Source: Carcharhinus amblyrhynchos (Eukaryota). From it: 64,000 nt of DNA. Position numbers and translations under genes: made by a program. Positions 38,058-51,590 of this stretch are shown here, piece after piece. Each line of letters starts with the position of its first letter. Position 1 is the stretch's first letter. The notes under the pieces were generated by a model. It saw nothing but the letters and a program-made list of their open reading frames with translations, ran no database searches and was not told the DNA's origin. The stretch covers positions 32,054,001-32,118,000 of the forward strand of contig OZ336870.1 in assembly GCA_965287045.1 (NCBI GenBank), given 5' to 3'.

Positions 38058-38530
38058 GGAACATGGAAACTAAGTGCATGAATAGGCCATTTGGCCCTTC
38101 AATCCTGCTCTGCCATTCAACATGATCATGGCTGATCCTTTATCTCAATACCAGATTCCTGCTTTCTCCCCATATCGCTCGATACCATTAAAATCTTTAA
38201 AATATTCTACCTCCTTCTTGAATACGTTGTGACTTGACCTTCACAGCTTCTGTGTTAGAGAATTCCACAGGTTCATTATCTTTAGAGAGAGGAACTCTTT
38301 CTTCATCTCAGTCCCAAATCATTTAACCTGTAATCTGAGACTGGTTCCGATTCAGCAACCAGGGAATACATCCTCCCTGCATCTAGTTTAACCAGCCCTG
38401 TTAGAATTCCATTTGGTTCAATCAGATCTCCTTTCGTCCTCCTAAACTCCAGTGAATACAGGCCCAGTCGGACAAATCTCTGCACTTGGGCAGTCCCATC
38501 GACCCTGACGTCCGGCTAGTGAACCTATTT
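38058..38530 (-). mobile_element. CR1 LINE 3' fragment
   Basis: RLGLYSLEFRRTKGDLIE. Confidence 0.85.
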
Positions 38531-38601
38531 CAATTTGTCTTTTCTGGATTCAAAGTGGACTTCATTCCATTTATCCATTTTGAGTTCTATCTGCCACAGT
38601 T

Positions 38602-38745
38602 TCACTCACTCACACACGCACTCACGCACGCACTCACGCACGCACTCACGCATGCACTCACTCACGCACTCACTCACGCACACACGCACTCACTCACGCA
38701 CACACGCACTCACGCACTCACTCACGCACTCACTCACTCACGCAC
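38602..38745. repeat. Compound (CACT/CACG)n microsatellite
   Basis: directly visible; runs into the gap. Confidence 0.95.
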
Positions 38746-38906
38746 NNNNNNNNNNNNNNNNNNNNNNNNNNNNNNNNNNNNNNNNNNNNNNNNNNNNNNN
38801 NNNNNNNNNNNNNNNNNNNNNNNNNNNNNNNNNNNNNNNNNNNNNNNNNNNNNNNNNNNNNNNNNNNNNNNNNNNNNNNNNNNNNNNNNNNNNNNNNNNN
38901 NNNNNN
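38746..38906. other. Assembly gap (161 N)
   Basis: run of n characters. Confidence 0.99.
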
Positions 38907-40524
38907 TGTTAACTTATTGTCCCGCACAATTCCATAAGTTCATAATATATAGGAGCAGAACTAGGCAATTTGGCCCATTGAATCATCTCCGCCATTCGAT
39001 CATGGCCAATACACTCCTCATCCCCATTTTCCTGCCTTCTGCCCATAACTCTTCAACCTATTACCAATTAAAAATCTGCCCAACTCCTCCTTAAATTTAC
39101 TCACCGTCCATATCATGAGAAAACTTGGATCACATAGTTCTCTATTCCTTCTGCCAAGTTGTTAATATATATGGTGAAATGATGAGTACAGATCCCCAGA
39201 AAATGGCACATTTCACATCTTACATAACTGAATATTCCCTTTATTCATACTCCGTTCCTTAACTCACATCCAATTACCGATCTTTGCCTTTAGTGCCCCG
39301 TGTCTCAGCAATTCATGAGTAAATGTTTGTAATACCCATAACCTACAATATCATAGCAGACAAGGTCACTAATATTCACAACAGTTTTAGCACTGGATAG
39401 ATTAATTTGACCTTGCCTCATTGTGCAAAATGGGTGATGTTGAATTGGCAGCCTGCTTTACACCTCTCTTGATTTTTATTTCCATTGGTTTGCCATAACG
39501 TACTTTACACTATCTCACAAAGTCAAAACAAGCGCCTTTGATTTTGCACTATTCCTTTTCCTTCCTTTATCTTTATGTGAATCAGTTCCTTTACAATATT
39601 GGAGCAAAATGAATAAATTGTTATTGAAATTGAAAATGTTGGCTAGGCTGAAAGTTGGCTTAAAACAACTGTGTTCTAACATTCTTTTATTTTGGTAACT
39701 TGTAACTGCATATGTTTCTCTAGAAGGCTATCTGTCTGCTACTAATTAAACTAAAGTTGCTACGAAAGCTACATTGCCATTACATCAGAACAGCCCAGAG
39801 TCATTCCATCCACTTTTTACTTCTTGGCCAGTAAATCACTTTTCATCCTTGCAAATTGAGTAGAAGAATCAATATAGCATTTCCTAAGGAATGCTGTTCA
39901 AAGAAAAGTAAATTCTGTTGCCAAAAAAAATTACATTTACAAAAGAAATGACACACAGCATTTGTAGCGTAACTATGTTTATGTTGTGTCACTCATTAAA
40001 ATTCCATTTTTTGCCGTTATAGATCTTTCAATAATAAGCACATGTTCACATCAAAATGATTCCTCATTAATATTGGTCACACAAAACTTGATCTAAAATT
40101 TTTGGCTTCATTGCAACAAACATCACAACATACCTGAAGAACAAAACATTTTTAGGAAGAGTCAGCTTTTACAAATTTCTTTGCATTTGCCTTACCCTCC
40201 TGATTAAACTTACCTGCTTGGTGAGAGGAAGTCTTGGGATATAAAAATTGCTCTCACACGCAGAGGAGTCATGTTGTATTTTCAGCAGAATAATTCCAAG
40301 CGCAGATGCTCAATAGCATTTAAAAGTTTGCATGATAAGCTTGTACATGAGAATAGGGTCAGTTATCAAGTGTTTTTTGAAGAGAGTGACCTTTCAATGT
40401 TGGTTCAGTAAAATACACAATGACAAACTGTCAAGACAATCAGTTGATTAAATCATCCCCAGCTCTCAAATTTGTTTTTACTTTCCTTTTACTTTGCTGT
40501 GTTCATTTCTTCATGTAAAGTGAA

Positions 40525-40822
40525 ATTAAAGCTTATTTATTAATCACAAGTAAGCTTACATTAAAACTGCAATGAAGTTACTGTGAAAATCCCCCAGTTG
40601 CCACACTTCAGTGCCTGGCTGAGGGACTGAGGGAGAATTTAGCATGGCCAATGCACCTAACCAGCACGTCTTTCAGACTGTGAGAAGAAACTGGAGCGCC
40701 TGGAGGAAACCCACACAGACACAGGGAGTATGTGCAGACTCCACACGGACAGTCACCCAAGCCAGGAATGGAACCTGGGCCCCTGGCATGGTGAGGTAGC
40801 AATGCTAACCACTGTGTCGCCG
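40525..40822 (-). mobile_element. HE1-type V-SINE, tail type 2
   Basis: tail ...ttcacagtaacttcattgcagttttaatgtaagcttacttgtgattaataaataagc. Confidence 0.87.
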
Positions 40823-42484
40823 AACTATTGTCACGTTCAACTTGAATTTTGTTTTCCAGTTTGTCTCCTTCCACATTTTTGCTCATTGGGGCTCCCCAGT
40901 TCCTAAAAGTACTGATTTACTCAAAAGCGCAGTTCAATAGAAACCAGCTGCAAGCTCAGGATACACGTTCATGTGGTCCTTGCTCATTTCTGGACCTAGG
41001 TAGTGAAATGCAGCTTGCTGATTAACATTTGAGAGTACTTGAGCATAGCTCATCCCTGGGTCTTTTTGAAAACATATACTTCATTCATATAAAATCCGAG
41101 AGACACATTACAAAACATTTCTATTATTGTAACAGTAAAGCCAATGCTCAAAGTGGACCAGGCAAACCCAAATCCATTCCCTGCTTGCTCCAAAAATCAA
41201 ATTCAAAACCCAACTGAATCCAATTCTTAGTCCCCATGAAAGGGACAAAGAAGATCCAGGATAAGGCACTGCACCTCATCTCGGGCTTGACCTGATCTTA
41301 ACCAAAAGATAGAGAAGGAATATTATACCTGTATGTATAATCCAGCCAGGGTCAGTGGATGGCAGTTAAAAATTGGAGACCTGAGTTAATTCTAACGTCC
41401 CTATGTTTACTGAAGCCCCATTATAATATTCAATTGTTTCCCCAGTGAAGGTCAGCAGTCAATGATATTGGTCGCAGGAAACCCTACAGCAATGATTTTG
41501 GTCTGAGTTTATCGACCTCCAACGAACCAACCATCTTTGTATGTGCTAGGTTTGAATCTAGCAAGTGGAAAGTTTTCTCCTTGATTTCCGTTGACTTCAG
41601 TTCTTACTAGGATTCCTTGCCTACCACCCTTGGTAAAACGCAGTCTTGGTGTCAAGGATGTTCATCCTCACCTCTCCTGTGGAGTTCTGCTTCTTTATAG
41701 GAGGGAAAGAAATTTCAAAACAACAGAGAGAAACAGAATAAGCAAAGAAATGGAGGAACTGTTTCTACTGGTAAGAGGATTACTAACCAGCACATCCAGA
41801 TTTAAGGTAATTGGCAAAAGAACGAGATGGGAGAAAGAGCCTCTGTCACCCTTACACACAAGTCTTCTTAGTGTACCCTTACACACAACAACTACAATCA
41901 ACAATTCCAGGAAGCAACATCCTAGGGAAACTTGTATTCAATAAAACCATATGTTAAATGTCGGTGTTAAGGAATTAATGCATTTGCATGAAGAATGTGA
42001 GCAAGATTAGATTGAGGAAATGCTTCCAAGAACTGAGAAAAGTTTGTGGTTTTGTTCTGTTCCAGATACTACTTCACCTCAAAGGCATTTCACTGTCATC
42101 GAGTGAGTGTGAATTGCCCGCAGAACTCAGTTTGATTCATCGCCTTGCTATATTGTTCTTCATAGTTTAGTGCGGTAACAGCACATGTGAAAACTGTTTG
42201 CAAAGAGATTGCAAAATGTGAAATGAATAAAAACTAAAAAAAACATGGTGAAGGAAGAGACAGAGGACAACAGGCCCAACTGCCTTTGAACAATGGTAAC
42301 GAATCAATATAACCAACTAGTTTGCTAGGTCATTTCACAAGACAGGATAAAAAAAGTTAAATTGTGGAGAAAAGGGCTCATTCTAATAATAGCTACTGAG
42401 CACGTGCATAAGGAGCTATCTTATAGTGATGTGACTAAGTGATGAGTGATAAGAACCTTAGAGGGGAGCTGGAATTATGTCTTG

Positions 42485-43175
42485 ATTTTTTAAATTCATT
42501 TGTGAGACATGGGTGTCATTGGCTGGCCAGCGTTTATTACCCTTCCCTAGTTGCCCTTGTGAAGGTGGCGGTGAGCTGCTTGCTTGAAATGCTGCAGTCC
42601 ACCTGAGTTGACTCACAATGTCGTTAGGGAGGGAATTCCAGGGTTTTGACCCAGCGATTGAAAAGGAACGGCGATATATTTCCAAGTCAGGATGGTGAGT
42701 GGTTTGGAGGGGAACTTACAGGTGGTGGCGCTGCCCTTGTCTTTCTAGATGGAAGTGGTCATGGGTTTGGAATGCGCTGTCTAAGGATTTTTGGTGAATT
42801 GCAGCAGTGCATCTTGTAGATAGTACGCACTGCTGCTACGGTGGCGGAGGGAGTGGATATGGTGCCAATCAAATGGGCTGCTTTGTCCTGGATGGTGTCG
42901 AGCTTCTTGAGTGTTGTTGGAGCTGCACCCATCCAGGCAAGTGGGGAGTATTCCATCATACTCCTGACTTGTGCCTTATAGATGGTGAAGAGGCTTTGGG
43001 GAGTGAGGACGGGAGTGATTCGCTGCAGTATTCCTTGCCTCTGACCTGCTCATGTGGCTATTGCGTTTATGTAATGAGTCCAGTTGAGTTTCTTGTCAAT
43101 GATAGCCCTGAGGATGTTGACAGTGGAGGATTCGGGGATGGTCACATTATTGAATATCAAGGAGCGGTGGTTAGC
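42485..43175 (-). mobile_element. LINE 3' fragment, second CR1/L2-group lineage
   Basis: MMEYSPLAWMGAAPTTLKKLDTIQDKAAHLIG and SFSIAGSKPWNSLPN; 3' tail shared with the SINEs at 23905 and 57831. Confidence 0.82.
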
Positions 43176-43349
43176 AGGTTAGTGGATTGATTGTAGTAAC
43201 TATGTGGGGTTGCAGGGATAGGGTGGGGTAAAGTGCCTGGGTAAGATACACTGTGAGAGTGCTGGTACAGACTCGATGGGCTGCATTGCCTCTCCGGCTC
43301 TGTAGGGCTGGAGTTCTGTCCATCTGTTATATTTGAGAGATTAGACATG

Positions 43350-44125
43350 AGTTATAGAAGTTTGAAGCATGGAAACAAGCTCTTCAGCCCAACTTGCCCA
43401 TGCCACCCTTTTTTTTAAACCTCTAAACTAATCCCAATTGCCCACATTTGGCCGAAATTCCTCTAAAGCCATCTTAACTATCTGAACACTTTTTAAAAGA
43501 CAAAATTGTACCTGCCTCTACTACTGCCTCTGGTAGTTTGTTCCAGACACTCAGCACCCTCTGTGTGAAAAAATTGCCCCTCTGGACACTTTTGGATCTC
43601 TCCCCTCTCACCTTAAACCTGTGCCCTCTAGTTTTAGACTCCCCTACCTTTGGAAAAAATATTGACTATCTATCTGATCTGTGCCCCTCGTTATTTTATA
43701 GATGTCTGTAAGATCACCTCTCAGCCTCATACGCTCCAGAGAAAAAAATCCCAGTCTATCCAGCCTCTCCTTATAACTCAAACCATCAGGTCCTGGCAGC
43801 ATCCTAGTAAATCTTTTCTATGCTCTTTCTAGTTTAACAATATCCTTTCTATAATAGGATGACCAGGGGTGCACACAGTATTCCGAGTGTGGCCTTACCA
43901 ACATCTTGTACAACTTCAACAAGATCCCCCAACCCCTGTATTCAATGTTCTGACCAATGAAACCAAGCATGCTGAATGCCGCCCTCCGCTCTGTCCACCT
44001 GTGACTCCACTTTCAAGGAATGATGAACCTGTTCCCCTAGATCTCTTTGTTCTGTAGCTCTCCCCAGTGCCTTACTATTAACTGAGTTAGCCCTGCACTG
44101 ATTCAATCTACCAAAATGCATCTGG
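43350..44125 (-). mobile_element. CR1 LINE 3' fragment (decayed)
   Basis: MHFGRLNQ..., EQRDLG..VHHSLKV; same subfamily as 1215-1610 and 27175-27582. Confidence 0.88.
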
Positions 44126-44904
44126 ATTTGCTCTCGGTTGAGAGTAAGTAGAAGAGGAATGAGGCAAAAAGTGTTGGAGTCAGCTTTACAACATAGGACA
44201 TTAAAGGAAAAAAAAATTGATACTAGACACAAATCAGAGGCAGCACAAAAGATTGATTCTTCAACACGACCAGCTTTACTCAACTATTGTGTAAGAAGTC
44301 CTTCTTTTCATTCCTATGAATAGTCCAGCACAACTTTAAAGGGCAGAAGTTATCTGTACAGCTGAAGTTGGGTAACACTGTCTTGCTGAATAGGGTATTA
44401 CTTTCTTTATTATTATTGAATATTTTGTGAAAAGGCTATTTCAGATCTCAAGGAGTTAACTTGTCGGGAAGAGACCACAGACAGATTCAAATTCAACAAA
44501 TACAATTTAATGGGATCATTTTCACTAAATGAAGGTCGCATCCTCGACAAGTTCATGCTTGACTCTCACATTTTTGGGTTATAAAGACAATGGAACACAA
44601 ATTCATGGTGAAATTTGCAGCACTTTCTAAAACAAATTGGCAATGGATAGCGTTCAGCTATCAGGTAGTAACTAGAATATTTCTAAAGTCCTTTGTGGTA
44701 TGTATACTTCTCCCAAGTTTCCTGTGGCACGTTATTCTTGTAACACTATAATCTACCACCATGATTAAACCTACCTACTCTTTTTACGTACCTCCGATCG
44801 AATCTATCAAGTTTTCTCTCCAAAGGAGATGACAGTGATGCCTATTTACCCCTGAGACTTCCCAAACTGTCTGTAAGGTAAGTGGTGCTGTGATATTTTT
44901 CCAT

Positions 44905-45226
44905 AAAATACAGAATCCCTACAGTGTAGGAGGAGGCCATTTCACCCCATGGGGTCTGCACTGACTCTCCAAAAGAGCATCTTTCCCGTGCCCCCTCCCT
45001 CCACCCTATCCTTGCAACTCTACATACTTACCATGGTTAATCTGTGTATACTAAGGGGCAATTTTAGCATGACTAATCCACTTAACCTGCACATCTTTGG
45101 ACTGCGGAAGGAAACTGGAGCACTTGGGGAAAGGGAGAATGTGCAAACTCCAAACAGGCAGTCACCAAAGGCTGGAATTGAACCCAGATCCCTGGTGCTG
45201 TGAGGCAGCAGCGCTAACCACTGTGT
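44905..45226 (-). mobile_element. HE1-type V-SINE, tail type 1
   Basis: head, core and tail. Confidence 0.87.
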
Positions 45227-45934
45227 AAATGGAACTAGCCACTGGATTTCCAAGCACTGTATAAAGCAATTGTTCCAATCGGGAACTCTTTCCCTAACAT
45301 CTTCCCCTATGTTCTTGGCTTTAAAAAAGCCAAGGGATCAAATTAACTACATATTTAAACAAACAAATGTTTACCAAGGTCACTGACTTAAGAGCATCTG
45401 CATGAAAACACATGGATTTCAAATCTGAAAATATTTCTCACACTTCCACAAAAAGATGAAAATTTCCTTTGTCAGTCACTGTAAATCTGTACATCGTTAC
45501 ATTGTGTAAAACAGCCTATCCTCCCACTCAGATATGATGGATGTCATGGAGATCTGTTACTACAGATTGAAGAATGCAGCATTGTTTGAACATGGAATTT
45601 ATTAAGGAGAAGTCACAAAACCCAAAAGCCACAAGACAATTCCTCTGTAACCGCAAAAGAAAATGTCACGTTAACCTGGTTTTGTTGATTATAAAGTGGT
45701 TTTGCAGCTATTGCTGTAATTTTTCAAAGCATTTTTAAAATATTCATGCTTGAAAACAGAAGCTTACTCAATTTCTCATGTCAGTATTCAAATGCTCTCT
45801 GCTTGTTTGCGCAAGGGTAATCTTTCTGCCTCGTGGTCTAACTGACTGGAAAAGAACCATCTGCCAGTTTGCCCCAACAAAAGGCTTGAACCATCTCATG
45901 GTAGAGGCAAATGGCATGTAACCAACCAGAGGAC

Positions 45935-46602
45935 ATGCCCTTGTCTACATCAACAGGGATGAAGTGGAAATGGTCGAGAGCTTCAAGTTTCTAGGTGTCC
46001 AGATCACTAACTACCTGTTCTGCTCCCTCCACCCAGATGCTATAGTTAAAAAAGCCAACAGCTCTACTTTTGCAGGAGGCTAAAGAAATTCTGCACATCC
46101 ACTATGGCTCTCACCAACTTTTATTGATGGACCATTCTTTCTTATTGATGGAGCATTCTCTCTGGGTGTATCGTGGCTTGGAATGTCTTCTGCTCTGACC
46201 AAGAACGCAATAAACTACAAAGGGTTGTGAATGAAGCCCAGTCTATCACGCAAACCAACTTCCCATCCATTGACACTGCTTACACTTCCTGCTGCCTCGG
46301 AAAAGCAGCCAGGGTAATCAAGGACCCCATGGACCCTGGCCATTCTCTCTTCCACCTTCTGTTGGGAAAAAAATACAAAAGCCTGAGACCACGTACCAAC
46401 TGATTCAAAAACTGCTTCTTCCCTGCTGCCATCAGGCTTTTGAATGGACCTACCTGATATTAAGCTGATCTTTCTCTACACCCTAATATCTAATAACACT
46501 TTAATAGCTAATAACTGTAACACTATATTCTGCACCCTCACCTTTTCTTCTCTATGAATGGTATGCTTTATCTGTATACTAATACATGTTACAATAATAA
46601 AT
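45935..46602 (+). mobile_element. Rex1/Babar-type LINE 3' fragment
   Basis: INRDEVEMVESFKFLGVQIT and KLQRVVNEAQSITQT...KAARVIKDP..PGHSLF; ends acatgttacaataataaa. Confidence 0.8.
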
Positions 46603-47187
46603 GGTACAAGGTACTGGTGAGGCTGCAACTGAAGTACTGTGTGCAATTTTGGACCCCTTATTCGCGAAAGGATATATTGGCTTTGGAGAGAGTGCAGTGA
46701 AGGTTCACCAGGCTAATACCAGAGATAAGGGGGTTGGACTATGAGGAGAGATTGATTAGATTGGGCCTGTACTTGTTGGAGTTTAGCAGGCTGAGGGGGG
46801 ATCTTATAGAGACAAATAAGATAATGAAGGGGCTAGACAGGGTAGAGACAGAGAGATTGTGTCCACTTAGAAAGGAAACAAGAACTAGAGGGCACAGCCT
46901 CAAAATAAGGGGGAGTCAACTTATTACAGAGTTGAGGAGGAACTTCTTCTCTCAAAGGTTAGTGAATCTTTGGAATTCTCTGCCCATTGAAGCAGTGGTG
47001 GCTACCTTGTTAAATGTGTTTAAGTCACAGGTAGATAGATTTCTGAACTATAAGGGAATTAAGGGTTATGGGGAACAGGCGGGTAAATGGAACTGAACCA
47101 CTATTGGATTAGCCATGATCTTATTGAATGGTGGGGCAGGCTCGAGTTCCTATTCCTACTCCTGTTCCTATTTCTTATGTTCTTATG
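46603..47187 (+). mobile_element. CR1 LINE 3' fragment
   Basis: DYEERLIRLGLYLLEFSRLRGDLIE...GKWN*; TTCTTATG tail. Confidence 0.93.
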
Positions 47188-47631
47188 AAATGAAATGAAA
47201 TCAAATCAACTGGTTCTCAATGGGTGATGCGAGGCACCTCACTTGTCAGAGTGAGTAAGATACAGGCCAACACAGAATGGATTGAATTCATCCTTTCCTA
47301 AATGGTGTGTTGTCTCAGAGCACCCCTTCAGCACCTCCATGGTCCCATGGGAGGAGTTGATCCCATTTGGTAGCATAAAGATATTTGGCCTTGCAAGGAA
47401 ATGTTTACTCACCTTAAACCCAGCTCTGGTGCAAACCAGAGAAATGACAGAGAAAAATGTGTTAGGCCATTGAGGCAGGATCATATAGCGTGATTTATTA
47501 TTATTTTATTATTATTTGTGAGGAAGGACTTGATTTTGGAATAAAATAAGTTTAATTTCATTATAACTTTCAGATTATGTTAATGAACATACCTGTAAAA
47601 TACAACCTACAGCATACATTTTTGAATTTGT

Positions 47632-48215
47632 TTTGATTTGATTTATTACTGTCACATGTTTTAGCATGCAGTAGAAAGTATTGTTTCTTGTGCACTATAC
47701 AGACAAAACATACCACTCATAGAGAAGGAAAGGAAAGAGTGCAGAATGTAATGTTACAGTCATTGCTAGAATGTAGAGAAAGATCAGCTTGGTGCGAGGT
47801 AAGTCTGATGGTAACAGGGAAGAAGCTGATTTAGAGTCAGTTAGTGTATGACATCAAATTTTTGTATTTGTTTCCTGACTGAAGAAGATAGAAAAGAGAA
47901 TGTCTGGGGTGGATGGGGTCCTTAATTATGCTGGCTGCTTTTCCAAGGTGGCAGGAAGTGTAGACAGAGTCAATGGATGGGAGACTGGACTTCATTCATG
48001 ACCCTTTGTAGATTCTTGCAGTCTTGGGCAGAGCAGGAGCCATAACAATCTGTGACACAACCAGAAAGAATACTTTCTATAGTGCATCTGTAAAAGTTGG
48101 TGAGATTTGTAGCTGACACGCAAAATTTCCTTTGTCTTCTGAGAAAGACTACAGTGTTGGCATGGGGAGACCAGGGCAGGTTGTTGGTTATCTGGACAGC
48201 TCTCGACCATTTTGA
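47632..48215 (-). mobile_element. Rex1/Babar-type LINE 3' fragment
   Basis: homologous to 45935-46602; minus strand ends acatgtgacagtaataaatcaaatcaaa. Confidence 0.78.
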
Positions 48216-48239
48216 CTTTGTCCCCTAGACAAGATAGTT

Positions 48240-49150
48240 CAGAGAAGCATCACCACAGGTGGCTTTGCAAGATCATTCAAATCCCAGTGGTAACATCCCC
48301 CCGCATGCCAACCTGTCCAGTATTGAGATGATAGTCACTCAAAACCAGCTCTGATGGGGAGGACATGCCTCTTGTATGTCAGAAACCAGACCCCTCCCAA
48401 AGCAACTATTCAATTTGGAGCTTGGTCACAGCAGGAGACTTCCAGAAGGACTGTCGAAATATTTTAGGGATGTCCTCAAAGCATCCCTGAAGAGGTCAAA
48501 CATCCCACTGACTCGTGGGAGACTCTGGCTTACGATTGACGAAAATGGGGAAGGCTCATGTGGGAAGGCACCGAACACTTTGCTAAGAACCTTACGTAGC
48601 CCACAGAGACAAAGCTGAAGTCTTGAAGGGAGTGTAGGAACATCCAAACAACCTAGTGATCAATCTTAAGGGTATTACGGTGGCGCAGTGGTTAGCACTG
48701 CTACCACATAGTGCCAGGGACCTGGATTCAATTCCAGACTTGAGTGTCTGTGACGTTTGCGCCCTGTTGTCGTGCCTGAGTGCGTTTTCTCTCTGGGTAC
48801 CTGGTTTCCTCCCACAGTCCAAAGATGTGCAGGTTAGGTGGATTAGCCATGCTAAATTGCCTGTTAAGTATCCCAGGATGTGTGGATTAGGGGGATTAAT
48901 GAGGTAAATACGTGGGGTTACGGGGATAGGACCTGGGTAGGATGCTACGTTGGAGAGTCAGCGCAGACTTGATGAGCCAAATGGCCTCCTTATGCACTGT
49001 AGTGTAATGATTCTCTAAACCTATCAAACAGATTATCTTAATACATGGCAGAGTCTGCAACCCAACTTCGCCACCATCTTGGAACCCTATGAGCTGGAAT
49101 GGAAGCAAACCATCTCCAGTCCTGAGGGAATGCCTAAGAAGAAGAGGGAA
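48240..49150 (+). mobile_element. RTE-clade LINE 3' fragment interrupted by a V-SINE (48670-49015)
   Basis: QL*WGGH..MSETRPLPKQLFNLELGHSRRLPEG..KYFRDVLKASLKRSNIP, a typical RTE C-terminus; ends gcctaagaagaaga. Confidence 0.78.
48670..49015 (+). mobile_element. HE1-type V-SINE, tail type 1
   Basis: acggtggcgcagtggttagcactgct head, V core and tail. Confidence 0.88.
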
Positions 49151-50396
49151 CATAAGAACCTACCCTTTTTCTCTATAAAATAATTTCAGTCCTACTGAAA
49201 GATTGTAGAAGCACATGATAAGGGGAGGGGGGTCGTGGGTGGGGTTATGCACCACCCCCGTCCCCACCCCCATCCCCCAACAAATGGACATACTCCTGGA
49301 CCTAAAACACAGGAACCAATAAGAGCCACAACATTGCAGAACCTGGGGGAAGATCGAAGCAGATCCAGAATTTGTAACTGACCATAACATCAAAGAGGAG
49401 AAATTGTGATCTTTTATAATGCTGCTGTAATATTCTCTTGCTTGGGAATTTTAGATGTCCTTGTCTGTTTGGAAACATATTGAGAAGAAAGAAGAAGTTC
49501 TACAGAGACATAAGCATCAATTTGCTGTGGGATTAACATGGGAGAGTTCCGGAACTCCCCTTTACTATTATGCCACTTGGTTCATAGGAACAAGTTGTGT
49601 AGCATGGTCAGCTCTGTACTGAAACTTGGGAATGCTGTCTATGTCAGTGGATTTCCTAAACCGTACTACTGAATAGTGGCAATTCTTCTGGAGTTAACAC
49701 TGGAATTTTTGTGAGCCCAAGATCTTCTTAAATCAGCAAATGACTGATTATCTTGCCACTACAACGACTATAATCATGTACAATTGCAGTTTGAAGAGCT
49801 AAGTGATGTGTTTGTAATCCCAGTCATGTGAGAGGCTGAAATAATTCAATGTCGGGATTTATGCCCTTTGGATTACTTTGGAGACTCAGAGGTGACAAGG
49901 CCAGAAAATATCGCTCTCTTGAAAATGGAAGAAAATTAAAAATCAATAACATTTATGAAGGTATTCATGAGGTTCAGCTAATCCTTCTTAACCGGATAGC
50001 AAGGCAGCAAGATTTGATTTCAGAAAGTGGCTGCCTCTTGGAAAGATTTCATTTACAAGAAAGCAGTTTCTTGTTTCTTTCCAACAGTCAAATAGGCAAG
50101 TCAAGCATTCATTTCCTTGGATCAAGTAATTGGTCATTCCAATTGGGAAGGAATACTCACGTTCTACCAGGAAGAGTCAATTCAGGCCAGGAAGACAAAG
50201 CAGAGCTGTAAGTTCAATAGCGATTCAGTATTTAACCAATAGAAGTAAAGTTAGTTAAGCTTATCATTCACCCTGCCAGCACACTGCCTGGCTTATGTAT
50301 ATGACCTATGAAAAGTCAGGGTGGTTAGCTGGGTGAGGGTGAGAAGAAATTCCAAACATGTCTTAGAATTGATGAACTTCTGGCTTCCAGAAGAAA

Positions 50397-50717
50397 GGGC
50401 AGCATATTGGTTAGCACTACTGCTTCTCAGCTCCACAGACCTGGGTTCAATTCCTGGCTTGGGTCACTCGGGTCCTGTCTGTGTGGAGTTTGCACATTCT
50501 CCTCGTGTCTGAGTGGGTTTCCTCAGGTTTGCTGCCACAGTCCAAAGACGTGTATGTTAGGTTGATTGGCCATGCTAAAATTGTCCCTTAGTGTTCTGAG
50601 ATGCGTAGATTAGAGGGATTAGTGGGTAAATATGTACAGCTACGGGGGTAGGGCCTGGGTGGGATTGTGGTTTGTGCAGACTGAATGGGCCAAATGGGGG
50701 TTTCTATGATTCTATGA
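50397..50717 (+). mobile_element. HE1-type V-SINE, tail type 1
   Basis: ends ttctatgattctatg. Confidence 0.88.
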
Positions 50718-51490
50718 AGAAAGTGAGCCGACAAGACCACAAAGCCAATCTATCAAAGGACTAGTTTGCAGGTCTATATCTATCTGTCTGCAAGTCTATC
50801 TCTAACACTAAATTATAAACTTCAATAACTGTAATATATGGACTTAGCTATGAATGAGAGCTTCAAGTAAATTACATAGCGTCTAACTATTTATGCTTTG
50901 TCAGCAGTAATAAATTGTATTTAGTTATGATAAACTCTTAACTAAAGGCCGTTGTAAACTCAATGCTGAACTTAATGTCAGCTTACTAAATGCTGATAGT
51001 AAACTGAATGCTTTATCTTACGGCAATATTACAGTATTAACATCGAAATTGGGTGTATTAGTAATTGTAATGGGAGAGGCATGTGCAGTGCGTATACAAT
51101 TCTGAGTCCTCTTTTTAGACATAATCAAAATATACGATCCGAACTTGTTAAGCCCCTTGCAATTTTCAGAATTTCCGTTGAAGTACATTCCTTTCCGAAG
51201 AATTTTGCATGTCAAACAGTGAGGATGATGCGAATTGCCTACAATAGAACACAAACAGGCTGGCAGAATGGGAAGAGGGAATTTAACACAGAGAAGTGTG
51301 AGGTGATGTATTTTGGCAGAAGGGACAGGGAGAGGCAATAGAGACTTAACTGAATTCTGAAGAATCTGCTGGAACTGAGAGACCCAGGGATGCTTGTCCA
51401 TCAATCTTTAAGGTGGCAGGACCTATTGAGAGAGTGGTTAGAAATTAGTATGGGATATTGGGCAGAGAAATTGTGCTGAACCTTTATAAA

Positions 51491-51590
51491 GTCCCCACTC
51501 ACCTGAGGAAGGGGCAGAGCCCCGAAAGCTAGTGCCGTTTGCTACCAAATAAACCTGTTGGATTTTAACCTGGTGTTGTGAGACTCCTAT
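51491..51590 (+). mobile_element. Penelope-like pLTR fragment inserted after a CR1 remnant (51250-51490)
   Basis: hammerhead motif followed by aaataaacctgttggattttaacctggtgttgtgagact. Confidence 0.75.
51500..51534 (+). ncRNA. Minimal type I hammerhead ribozyme motif (Penelope-type)
   Basis: CAC-CTGAGGA-a-GGGGC(aga)GCCCC-GAAA-GC-TA-GTG: CUGANGA and GAAA cores, 5-bp stem II, palindromic GC stem III, UH site, CAC/GTG stem I. Confidence 0.65.

Noticed and set aside
38486-39094. THAL-repeat ORFs
   Set aside because: Translation of a microsatellite plus an N gap.
49849-50211. 120-aa ORF in unique sequence
   Set aside because: No recognisable motif or splice context; the length is compatible with chance.
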